Assembly: GCA_045106895.1 (NCBI GenBank)
Contig: JBGCFM010000024.1
Span: 1 to 64,000 of the forward strand
DNA length: 64,000 nucleotides
Direction of reading: 5' to 3'
From: Polyangiales bacterium
GTDB taxonomy: Bacteria; Myxococcota_A; Polyangia; Polyangiales; Houyiibacteriaceae
Made by a program: the position numbers and the translations under genes
Shown here: positions 28,387-36,492 of the stretch, one piece after another
How the letters are laid out: the number at the start of each line of letters is the position of its first letter
Position numbering within the stretch: position 1 is the stretch's first letter
Notes under the pieces: generated by a model
The model's input: only the letters and a program-made list of their open reading frames with translations
What the model was told of the DNA's origin: nothing
Databases searched by the model: none

Positions 28387-28893
28387 ATGGGGGAGAGCAC
28401 CGAAGCGTTCTTTGAACGCGTCTACGAAGAGCTGCAGCGTTTGGCCAAGAAGTACCAAAGCGACGGCCTGGCGGAGCGAACGAGCCTAGTACACGAGGCT
28501 TTTTTGAAGATGCGGCGGCAACCGGAGTACAACGACGCCCAGCACTTCTACGCCGTTGCGGCGACGGCCATGCGGCAGGTCCTCGTCGATCGTGCGCGCA
28601 GCGAGGCGGCGATCAAACGTGGCGGTGGGATGAAGCGCGTATCTCTCACCGGTCTGGGTGAAGGTGCAGAGAACGACGTGGTGGATGTCCTCGCCCTCGA
28701 CGAAGTGTTGAGCGCCCTCTGGGAAGACAACCCACGTCAAGCGCAGATCGTGGAGCTGCGTTTCTTTGGTGGGCTCAGCACCTCTCAGATCGCGGAGGCC
28801 CTTGAGGTGTCTGAGAGCACCGTGGAAAAAGACTGGAAGAGCGCGCGTGAGACGCTGAGCTCACAGCTCCGGCGCAGTATGATTCACAGCTAG
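28387..28893 (+). CDS. ECF sigma factor (TIGR02999-like, kinase-associated type)
   Basis: VYEELQRLA, TSLVHEAFLK, HFYAVAATAMRQVLVDRAR...KRGG, VELRFFGGLS...STVEKDW. Confidence 0.88.
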   Translation: MGESTEAFFERVYEELQRLAKKYQSDGLAERTSLVHEAFLKMRRQPEYNDAQHFYAVAATAMRQVLVDRARSEAAIKRGGGMKRVSLTGLGEGAENDVVDVLALDEVLSALWEDNPRQAQIVELRFFGGLSTSQIAEALEVSESTVEKDWKSARETLSSQLRRSMIHS

Positions 28894-29769
28894 CTCACCA
28901 CCGCCAAAGGGAACGCTGATGGGCGCGCCTTTCTCCACGAGGGTAGGCCGAAGGGCGTCGAAGACGACGCGATAGCGATAGAAGGGCACGCGCGGGTAGA
29001 GGTGGTGGATGAGGTGGAGGTGCTGACCGAGCATGGGGATGCCCAGCGGCGCGTCGATGGCGCGGGTGTCTTTGTAGCGCTCGCGGCTCGTGTGTGGACG
29101 GTGAGGTAGCCAGTCGAAGAGCAGCCCGAGGATCGCCGTCGCAAAGATCGCAGGCACCACCCAAGCAAAGAGCAGCGTCAGGCCAAAGCCGGCGAAGGCC
29201 AGGACTCCGACGGCGAACGCGAGCACCACCACTGCGCCGATGACGACACGTCGTTGTTCGCGTGCGCCCCGTGTTTTGCTCGCCGCGCCGATGAAGAAAT
29301 GCAGGTAGTAGTGCGGCAGCAGCGTGAAGCAGCGAAGCGTGAGCGTGAGGGCGCGGACTGCGCTTGAGCGCCCCGTCGCGACGACCCACATGTCTGGATC
29401 ATTGGTGGCGTGATTGGTCTGACCGTGGTGGCGAAGGTGCAAGACCTTGAACGCGGGCATAGGCGCGGCGAGCTGGAGACCGCTGATCCAACCGACAAGC
29501 GTTTCAAGTCGGCGAGCCCCCGAGCGCCCGGCGATGTTGCCGTGGGAGGCTTCGTGGAGGGGGGTAAAGGCGATGTACGCGAAGAGCGTCGCCAAGGTGA
29601 TCGTAGGCAGTGCGCCGAGCCAACCTTTGGCGTGGGCGATAGCCACGGCGATGTGCCCCAGGAGCGCGAAGGCGGAGAGCAGCACGGTGGGGAGCGCCAG
29701 CATTCCCGAGTTCGCTTTCCAGACCTGGCTCTCTGTGTTCTTGGACCCGGTATTCTTGCTCCCACTCAC
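28861..29769 (-). CDS. membrane di-iron fatty-acid-desaturase-fold enzyme, CrtR (beta-carotene hydroxylase)-like
   Basis: His boxes HEASH, HLRHH, HLIHH; NDPD and FDWLPHRP motifs resemble CrtR. Confidence 0.7.
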   Translation of the reverse strand: MSGSKNTGSKNTESQVWKANSGMLALPTVLLSAFALLGHIAVAIAHAKGWLGALPTITLATLFAYIAFTPLHEASHGNIAGRSGARRLETLVGWISGLQLAAPMPAFKVLHLRHHGQTNHATNDPDMWVVATGRSSAVRALTLTLRCFTLLPHYYLHFFIGAASKTRGAREQRRVVIGAVVVLAFAVGVLAFAGFGLTLLFAWVVPAIFATAILGLLFDWLPHRPHTSRERYKDTRAIDAPLGIPMLGQHLHLIHHLYPRVPFYRYRVVFDALRPTLVEKGAPISVPFGGGELAVNHTAPEL

Positions 29770-30374
29770 CGTCCAAGCTCCTTCGTGGTGACCGCCGCCG
29801 TGGTGGCCGCGCGACGCACGGGCTGAAGCGCGTCCACCAGCAGCTGCAGCATGGCGTCGTCGTCTACGCTGCCTTCGCGCTGAAGAGAGTCGACCCAGGC
29901 AAGCGCCGCAGATTCCGCGAAGCTGATCCAGCCGCCTAGGGCGATGCGGAGGTACGTGCTTGGCGTGGCTCTCAGCTGCGCGAGGACAAAGGCCCCGGCG
30001 GCGTTTCTGACGCGCGAGAGAACGGCCTCAGCTTCCGCGTCGACACCGAGTCCTGCTCGAACGAGGAGCCGAAACTCGCTCGGGTGGCTGCGAGCGAAGC
30101 GCAGGAAGCGGCGGACGGATCCTTCGAAGGCTTCGTCGAAGCTCACGTCGTCCTCCGGGCGCATCTCTTCGATGAGCTTTGAGGCCACGGTCTCGAGGAC
30201 GGCCACGTAGTAGCCACGTCGTGAGCCAAAGTAGTGGTAGAGGAGCCCCTTCGAGCAGCCAGCGCCGGCGGCGATCTTCGCCATCGGCAGAGAATCCACC
30301 GGCTGCTGGGCGAAGAGCACAGCGCCATGGGCCAGGAGGCTCTCTCGACGCTCAACTTCGCTTAGGCGGGCCAT
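29766..30374 (-). CDS. TetR/AcrR family regulator
   Basis: HTH MAKIAAGAGCSKGLLYHYFGSR; overlaps the desaturase start. Confidence 0.88.
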   Translation of the reverse strand: MARLSEVERRESLLAHGAVLFAQQPVDSLPMAKIAAGAGCSKGLLYHYFGSRRGYYVAVLETVASKLIEEMRPEDDVSFDEAFEGSVRRFLRFARSHPSEFRLLVRAGLGVDAEAEAVLSRVRNAAGAFVLAQLRATPSTYLRIALGGWISFAESAALAWVDSLQREGSVDDDAMLQLLVDALQPVRRAATTAAVTTKELGR

Positions 30375-30455
30375 GGAAGGAAGTGTGCACCGCTATTGAC
30401 GTTTCGTCAACAAGAGTCCGCGCGTTCGATTCTTAGGGCCTTCGGGTCCTGGTTT

Positions 30456-30893
30456 TTAGATGTCGGAGATGAATGCGCCGGGTCCGCGCTCAAGCTCAAG
30501 GACGTCTAGAACGCCGAGAACATGGAGTTCCCCTTCGACATGGAGCCGGCCCGCGTAGAGCGAGTGCACGAAGACACGGGCGGAACGGGCGATGCGAAGG
30601 GCGGCATCTTCGCGGGCGGTCGCTTCAAAGCGAAGGGCTCCACAAACGACGGTGAGCGGCGACTCGAAGATCCAGGGCCCGAACTCCTCGGCGTTCCAAA
30701 CATCGGCGGAGCCATCGATGATCCTGCCATCGATGCCCTTCTCGCTCTCGCACATCACGCGTGAGCGACACTTGTCTTCAAAGTAGCGCCAAAGCACATC
30801 GCGCTCTTGAGGTGTTAGCAGCCACAGAGCGGCGTCGCTGAGCGCGGCCGCGAGCGAGCGTCCTGCCACGAAGTCCTCGGCGATGAACGTCAT
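30456..30893 (-). CDS. hypothetical protein
   Basis: 145-aa ORF filling the gap in a co-directional run; GGAAGG SD-like sequence upstream. Confidence 0.5.
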   Translation of the reverse strand: MTFIAEDFVAGRSLAAALSDAALWLLTPQERDVLWRYFEDKCRSRVMCESEKGIDGRIIDGSADVWNAEEFGPWIFESPLTVVCGALRFEATAREDAALRIARSARVFVHSLYAGRLHVEGELHVLGVLDVLELERGPGAFISDI

Positions 30894-30912
30894 GAGGAAG
30901 CTCGCCTTCCCG

Positions 30913-32361
30913 CTAGAGTTTCAGAGAGCTCAGAAGCCCTTGCGTGGGCACGGAGCGGATGGGCTGTCCCACGCGTCCCATGGCGCGGTTGGCGGCGTCA
31001 AAACCGCTCATCGTGGCTCGTTCCATCAGCGCGCTGGGCCACGGCACCTTCACGAAGTCGCCGGCGAGGAATACACGTGGGTCCGAGGTCGCCACGCCGG
31101 GTCGCTGGGCGTCGCTTCCAGGGGCGAAGGCCGGGCAGTCTTGACGCCGCAGGTAGCGCTCTTCCACGACGTCGGCGTCGCGAGTTTCCGGATAGAGCTC
31201 GTGGAGCGTTCGGACCAAGTCGGCGCGTATCGAAGCTTCGTCCAGCTCTTCGGGAACGCCATACGCATGAAGCTCGACAACGCTTCCCCGGTGCTTCTTC
31301 GCCCAAGCCGCGCTCTCGTCTTCGAGCTTCTCGTAGATCGAAATATTGTCCAGCAGCCCATGACCCACGGTGCCCGCGAAGGGCGCTCGTTTGTTGACGG
31401 GCTTGTCGAGCCACATACGCCAGACCACAAAAGGGAGCGTCGTCTCAAGGGAACTCACCCGCCGTCGGAACGCCGCGTCGAAGCCTGCAGTCGCCTCCAC
31501 GACGGACTTCAGAGGATCCACGGAGAGCGCGAGGATGGCGGCGTCGGCTCGCTCGCTTCGGCCGCCGGCGACGACGTTTACCCCTTCGTCGGCGCCGCCC
31601 AGCTCTAGCCGTTCCACGGACTCGCCAAGGCGAAGCTCCACGCCGCGGCCCCTTAGGTAGTCGAGGAGCGGTTCGATAAACCCGGACCCAAAGGGCTTGG
31701 TCATGGTGTCGAAGATGAGTCCTTCGGGGTTGCCCATGAAGTAGAAATGGAACTGCATGAGCAGCTCCGCGGCGCTGAACTTGTCCTCGGGGTTGAAGAA
31801 GCTGTGGGAGAACACATCAAAGAGCATCTGCCGCGCGTCGTCTGGGAAGCGCAGTGAGTCGAGGTAGTCGCGGGCGCTGATGTGGTCCCACTTGTCGTAG
31901 GTGTGCGCTCCGTACGCGAGCATGGAGCTGGCGTTCTTGACGTTCACGCCCATGAGGTCGCGGAGCCCCAGCGTCGGCGTTCGCCACACCAGCTGTGCGA
32001 TGTTGAATGGCGCCTTCGTCGACAGCCCGCTGAAGCTCTCGACGCGGCCTGCGGGCCCGAGAATCGGGTAGTCGCGCTGTGGTTCCAACATGGAGAGCGT
32101 GGGGTCGACGCGCTGCATGAGGGAGCGGAGATTGTAGTACTGGCGGAAGAACGCGTGAAAGCCGCGCTCCATCTGAAATACGTCGCCGCTCGCGAGCTTG
32201 CTCCGCCAGGAACCAACCCGGCCACCGGCAAAGCCCTCTCGTTCGACGAGCACGACCTCGTGGCCGGCCTCGGCGAGAACCGTCGCTGCCGACAAGCCTC
32301 CCAGGCCACCTCCACAAACGACGACCTTCATCGGTTCACCTTTCATCGGCGCACCTTTCAT
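30913..32361 (-). CDS. crtU: FAD-dependent carotenoid oxidoreductase, isorenieratene synthase (CrtU)-like
   Basis: GGGLGGLSAA, MERGFHAFFRQYYNLR, SFFNP...SAAEL..QFHFYF.GNPEGL.FD, VVELHAY, SALMERATMSG; next to a crtT-like methyltransferase. Confidence 0.75.
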   Translation of the reverse strand: MKGAPMKGEPMKVVVCGGGLGGLSAATVLAEAGHEVVLVEREGFAGGRVGSWRSKLASGDVFQMERGFHAFFRQYYNLRSLMQRVDPTLSMLEPQRDYPILGPAGRVESFSGLSTKAPFNIAQLVWRTPTLGLRDLMGVNVKNASSMLAYGAHTYDKWDHISARDYLDSLRFPDDARQMLFDVFSHSFFNPEDKFSAAELLMQFHFYFMGNPEGLIFDTMTKPFGSGFIEPLLDYLRGRGVELRLGESVERLELGGADEGVNVVAGGRSERADAAILALSVDPLKSVVEATAGFDAAFRRRVSSLETTLPFVVWRMWLDKPVNKRAPFAGTVGHGLLDNISIYEKLEDESAAWAKKHRGSVVELHAYGVPEELDEASIRADLVRTLHELYPETRDADVVEERYLRRQDCPAFAPGSDAQRPGVATSDPRVFLAGDFVKVPWPSALMERATMSGFDAANRAMGRVGQPIRSVPTQGLLSSLKL

Positions 32362-32369
32362 CCGCTCAC
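32325..32369 (-). repeat. 15-bp triple repeat spanning the methyltransferase stop and crtU start codons
   Basis: Minus strand GTGAGCGGATGAAAG / GTGCGCCGATGAAAG / GTGAACCGATGAAGG. Confidence 0.8.
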
Positions 32370-33082
32370 CCGACGGGGCGTTCAGCGATGAAGCTGTGGA
32401 CGATGCCCGTCTGCCAGCCGTCCATGCCTTCGGTGCGGATGTTCACATAGCCGGCGCGACTCAGCCGCGCTTCAAAGGCGCGGACGCCGTCGAACTCGTT
32501 CACGCTGCGCTGGAGGTAGCTGTAAATCTTCGACTTTGGCGCCGTGATGAGGCCGCCGGGACGAACGATGCCCCAGGACACCGCGTTCCAGATGCCTTTG
32601 CGCAGCTTGGAGTCGGCCACGCTGTACTCATGAAAGACGATGCGCCCGCCGGGCTTCAGGAGCGAGAGCAGGTTGCGCAGGCACGTGTCTGGATCCGGGA
32701 TATTGCGGATGCCGTATGCCATGAGGATGCCGTCGTAGGGGCCTTTGCAGCCAACGGCGGCGGGGTCCGTGGCGTCGCCGAGAACGTAGGACGCTCCGAG
32801 GGACTTACGCCGGGCTTTGCTGAGCATGCCTTCGCTCGCGTCGAGACCCGTGATGGCGGCGTCGGAGTACGTGTCCCGAAGCGCCTCGGTGGAGAGACCG
32901 GTTCCGCAGCAGAGGTCGAGAATCCGTGCGGCGGTGGGGGCGCTCAGCCGCTCCGCGCTCCAGCGAAGGTGCTTCTTGTAGCCAGGGTTCAGGCCCGTGA
33001 GCCAGTCGTAGCTCTTGGACACGCCGTTGAAGGCCTTTGGAACGTGGGTCTTGGCGGCGTTGAGCGGCGTCTGTGAATTCAC
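32366..33082 (-). CDS. class I SAM-dependent methyltransferase (UbiE family, CrtT-like)
   Basis: ILDLCCGTG, GLDASEGML, LLKPGG, YDWLTGLNPGY, GWQTGIVHSF; directly upstream of crtU. Confidence 0.8.
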   Translation of the reverse strand: MNSQTPLNAAKTHVPKAFNGVSKSYDWLTGLNPGYKKHLRWSAERLSAPTAARILDLCCGTGLSTEALRDTYSDAAITGLDASEGMLSKARRKSLGASYVLGDATDPAAVGCKGPYDGILMAYGIRNIPDPDTCLRNLLSLLKPGGRIVFHEYSVADSKLRKGIWNAVSWGIVRPGGLITAPKSKIYSYLQRSVNEFDGVRAFEARLSRAGYVNIRTEGMDGWQTGIVHSFIAERPVG

Positions 33083-33477
33083 GGAGTGGGTTTAGAGCGG
33101 TTTTGCTCCTGAGGCCAGTGCGAGAGCGCGATCTGGTTGCCCTCAGGGTCGCGAAAGTAGACGGAAAACCCGCTCTCCTTCTCGATGACGACGTCCGCGG
33201 CGGCGAGGCGAGTGAGCCAGGGGCCTCGCTCTTCAACGTCGATGGCGAGGGCAAAGCAGTGATGACCGATGTCAGGAGGCGCCCCTGAATCCAGAGGCTG
33301 AGCCAGCTCCACGGCGACAAATGTCTCGGCGCCGAGCTCGTACCAGATAGAGCGCGGCTGCCCAGCTTCGTCGGACCAGCGTTTCTTGACGACGAGGCCA
33401 AGCACGCCTCCGTAGAAAGCGTCGGCGCGCCCAAGGTCGCTCACGAGGATCGCGTGATGATGAAACTGAAGCGGCAT
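33079..33477 (-). CDS. VOC/glyoxalase family protein
   Basis: HHAILVSDL...FYGGVLGL, HCFAL, VYFRDPEGN. Confidence 0.85.
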   Translation of the reverse strand: MPLQFHHHAILVSDLGRADAFYGGVLGLVVKKRWSDEAGQPRSIWYELGAETFVAVELAQPLDSGAPPDIGHHCFALAIDVEERGPWLTRLAAADVVIEKESGFSVYFRDPEGNQIALSHWPQEQNRSKPTP

Positions 33478-33479
33478 GG

Positions 33480-34169
33480 TCAATCGCAGCAGTCGCACTC
33501 GGCGTCGTGAGCGGAGCGCGCCTCGGAGATCGTCTCGCCATCGAGGTCCACGAGGCGCCAGTGGTCACGGCCCCAGCCTAAGAGCACGAAGGTCGCGTCG
33601 GGCGTGACGAGGAGCGCGACGACACCTCGCCCTAGCTGCCGTGTGATCGGGGCATCGATGGAGACCATCCCAAGGCTGGACTCTTCTTGGGTGAAGCGAA
33701 TCAGCGTCGGCGAGCCCGGGCAAAGCGCGTCACCGGGTTCGCTTTCGAGAGTGAAGCGGAGCGGGTGGCCAGCGAAACCACCACGGAGCGGCGCGTCCAC
33801 GGCCAGCGCGGGAGCCTCGCCGCTCTGAGGCGGAAGCAGCGTAGCGATGGCGTCCCCGGGGAGCACGACACGAATCCGCCCCAGCTCACACCCTTGTAGA
33901 CGGCCTTCCACAATCTCGCCGAGGCAGCGCGTGCGCGGGCCCACGAGCGTCACAGGCCCGTCCGGGTAAGCGCTGAGGACGCCGTCGTCGCCGATGAGCG
34001 CCGGGCTAAGGGGCGCTGGGCCAAGGGGCGCTGGGCCAAGGGGCGCTGGGCCAAGGGGCGCCGGGCCAACGGCCGGAGCTGGAGCGGTGGAATCCTGGGG
34101 CTGCGCTACCGGCACCGGCTGCACAGCGCCCCCGCACGCGAAGAGAAACACGAGAGCAAGCCGTGTCAT
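33480..34169 (-). CDS. hypothetical lipoprotein with GPAPL repeats
   Basis: Lipobox LFAC; Cys-rich C-terminus ECDCCD; overlaps the recF stop. Confidence 0.6.
   Translation of the reverse strand: MTRLALVFLFACGGAVQPVPVAQPQDSTAPAPAVGPAPLGPAPLGPAPLGPAPLSPALIGDDGVLSAYPDGPVTLVGPRTRCLGEIVEGRLQGCELGRIRVVLPGDAIATLLPPQSGEAPALAVDAPLRGGFAGHPLRFTLESEPGDALCPGSPTLIRFTQEESSLGMVSIDAPITRQLGRGVVALLVTPDATFVLLGWGRDHWRLVDLDGETISEARSAHDAECDCCD
34003..34069 (-). repeat. 15-bp coding tandem repeat, ~4.5 copies (GPAPL)
   Basis: GGGCCAAGGGGCGCT units on the + strand. Confidence 0.9.
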
Positions 34170-35254
34170 GCTCGCTTGATCACGCCGGCGGCTGCGTGGA
34201 AGTCGACGCGCTCCGCCTCCAGCAAGATGAACTCGGGGTGCGTCGTCGTCATGAAGACCTGGCCGCCAAGACGCCCGAGGAGCTCGAAGAGCCGGCGGTT
34301 TCGTCCGCGATCGAGCTCGCTGGAGACGTCGTCCAAAAGAAGGATCGGGGTGCGGTCCATGCGTTCGCCGAGGACATCAAGCTCCGCGACCTTGAGCGCC
34401 AAGACGATAGCGCGGTGCTGACCTTGAGACGCGTGGTGCTTCGCGGAGATGCTCTTGATCTGCAGCGAGAGGTCGTCGCCGTGGGGCCCATCGGCGGTGA
34501 ACCCACGGGCGCGGTCTTTGTTGTAGGACAGCTCCAGGGCCTTCGCGATGGCCTCCTGCGTCGGCTCGATGCGCGGCTGGTAACGAACCTCAAGGGGAAG
34601 CTCGACTCCGGCGACCTCTAAAAACGCCTTCTCGGCGCGCGGCGCGATGTCCTGAATGAGCGCCGCGCGACCTTGCCCAACGATGGCGCCGGATTGGCTA
34701 AGGATCGTGTTGAAAGCCATGATGGAGCGCTTGTCGACCTCATCGCCCTTCAGCAGACGATTGCGGCTACGTAGCGCTTTTGTATAGGCCGAGAGCGCGG
34801 CGCTGTAGGTCGGATCCATCTGCTCGAGGATGCGATCCAAGTACGCTCGACGCGGCTCGGGTCCGCCCATGGCCAAGCGTGAGTCGCCGGGATGAAAGAG
34901 CACGACTTGAATCGCGTGGTGCCAAGAGGCGATGGTCCGGGGCCGCTTCCCATCGATCTGAAGTGCGCGCGCTTTGGCCCTCGCCAGCGCGACCTCGAAG
35001 GAGCGCGGCATGATCTCGCCGCTCACCTTTGCTTTGATGCGTGCGTGAGGCGTCTGCGTCTGCAGCATGTCGTCGGTGCGCGCGCCCCGGAAGCTCTTGA
35101 GGGCGCCCAGGTAATGAATCGCCTCCAAGAGGTTGCTCTTGCCCGCGCCGTTGTCGCCCCAGATCACGTTGAACTGAGGACCCGGCTCGAGGTCGAGTGG
35201 CTCCAGGTTTCGAAACCCGCGAGCGTAGAGCCGGTCGATGCGAAGGGGGCGCAC
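34166..35254 (-). CDS. recF: DNA replication/repair protein RecF
   Basis: GFRNL, GDNGAGKSNLLEAI, GPHGDD, SQGQHR, LLLDDVSSELD. Confidence 0.95.
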   Translation of the reverse strand: MRPLRIDRLYARGFRNLEPLDLEPGPQFNVIWGDNGAGKSNLLEAIHYLGALKSFRGARTDDMLQTQTPHARIKAKVSGEIMPRSFEVALARAKARALQIDGKRPRTIASWHHAIQVVLFHPGDSRLAMGGPEPRRAYLDRILEQMDPTYSAALSAYTKALRSRNRLLKGDEVDKRSIMAFNTILSQSGAIVGQGRAALIQDIAPRAEKAFLEVAGVELPLEVRYQPRIEPTQEAIAKALELSYNKDRARGFTADGPHGDDLSLQIKSISAKHHASQGQHRAIVLALKVAELDVLGERMDRTPILLLDDVSSELDRGRNRRLFELLGRLGGQVFMTTTHPEFILLEAERVDFHAAAGVIKRA

Positions 35255-35282
35255 GCACGCACCCTGTCCTAAGCGATCACGC

Positions 35283-36242
35283 TTAGCAATCGTCGTAGAC
35301 GTAGCCGCGGCCCTCGGGCGTCACGAGATTCAGATCCCGGAGCACAATGGCGTGGGTGTCTGCGAGGTCTGCGCAGCTCCGCTCGAAGTCTTGGATTCGG
35401 TACTCGATCATCAATACGAGGTCCCCATAGGCGTCGATGAAGTCCTCGCACTCGCGGTAGCGACCACATTCCTCCACGACGACAAAGTCGGTCCCCATTT
35501 CGTCCTGGCGGGACAAGATCTCCGCGGAGTTCTTCTGAGCGATAGCCACGCCACGGGCGTGTGCCCGCTCCGAGAGCATCGCCATAAAGGCCACCGCGTC
35601 GTCTTCGCTGATCCGTCCGCGCACCCGCGAATAGGTGTCGAGGTTGTCGATCTCGATGGCGTCAAAGCCGTCTCTCGCGCACTGGTCGATCCATCCGCCG
35701 ACGACCATCGCGATGCGCCGGCGTTTGTCCTCGCTGGAGATATCGAGGATCGCCTCGTCCCAGTCTGCGTCGATGATGGGCTCGCCGCGGTCGTTTCGTA
35801 GGATGAGGTCTTCGTCCCAATCGTCGACCTCACCGGGCTGCACCTGGTAGCCGTTCACGTAGCAGATGTTGTAGAGGCCAGGCGCGGGTCGTCCAAGGCG
35901 GTCGCGAGACACGATGGTTACGCCGTCGGGGGGCGAGTAGTCCCCGCCAAGTTGGTAGTCCAAGCGTCCGTTCACCGGGGGAAGCCGCTGTCCCACCGAC
36001 GCGTCGGTGCCTGCGTCGACGGAGCTATCCGCGGCGCCCGAATCGGTGGACCCCCCGGAACCAGAATCCCCGGAACCAGAATCGAAAGTGGCGGCGTCGC
36101 TGCCGCCGTCGCTGCTGGCGTCTAGGGTGAACCCATCGCTCGCCGAAGCATCTGGGCGGCCCAGCGAAGCGTCCCGCTCGCCGCCGTCGTCATCGCCACA
36201 GCCGAGTGCCAGCACCAGAGCCGCCAAGAGTCGCCACTTCAT
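35283..36242 (-). CDS. GH114-like endo-alpha-1,4-polygalactosaminidase lipoprotein
   Basis: Lipobox ALGC; DYQLGG.Y, ICYVNGYQ.QP, GFDAIEIDNLD, QKN, VVEEC, IEY. Confidence 0.8.
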   Translation of the reverse strand: MKWRLLAALVLALGCGDDDGGERDASLGRPDASASDGFTLDASSDGGSDAATFDSGSGDSGSGGSTDSGAADSSVDAGTDASVGQRLPPVNGRLDYQLGGDYSPPDGVTIVSRDRLGRPAPGLYNICYVNGYQVQPGEVDDWDEDLILRNDRGEPIIDADWDEAILDISSEDKRRRIAMVVGGWIDQCARDGFDAIEIDNLDTYSRVRGRISEDDAVAFMAMLSERAHARGVAIAQKNSAEILSRQDEMGTDFVVVEECGRYRECEDFIDAYGDLVLMIEYRIQDFERSCADLADTHAIVLRDLNLVTPEGRGYVYDDC

Positions 36243-36492
36243 GGGGACAGGGTATCGCCAAAGGCGGCGCCGCTCCATTCGCTTCCTTAGTGGCCCGGGC
36301 CGAGAACACCAATGTTCCCGGCCCGGCCTGGAAGGAGGATACGGTGGGGTACGTCGCAAGAGGCGTGCCGGATCACCGGGCCGAGAACTTCGCGAATAGC
36401 CGTGAAAAGCGAGAGAACACCCTCGCCGTTTTGTCAGCCGAGGCAACGATGCGTCGACAGATTCGACATGAGCGCTTTCGGGCCGTGGTGAA

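Noticed and set aside
36320..36345. SRP (4.5S) RNA or tRNA-Sec suggested by GGAAGG
   Set aside because: Lacks the SRP CAGG/AGCA symmetric loop and any tRNA cloverleaf or UCA anticodon
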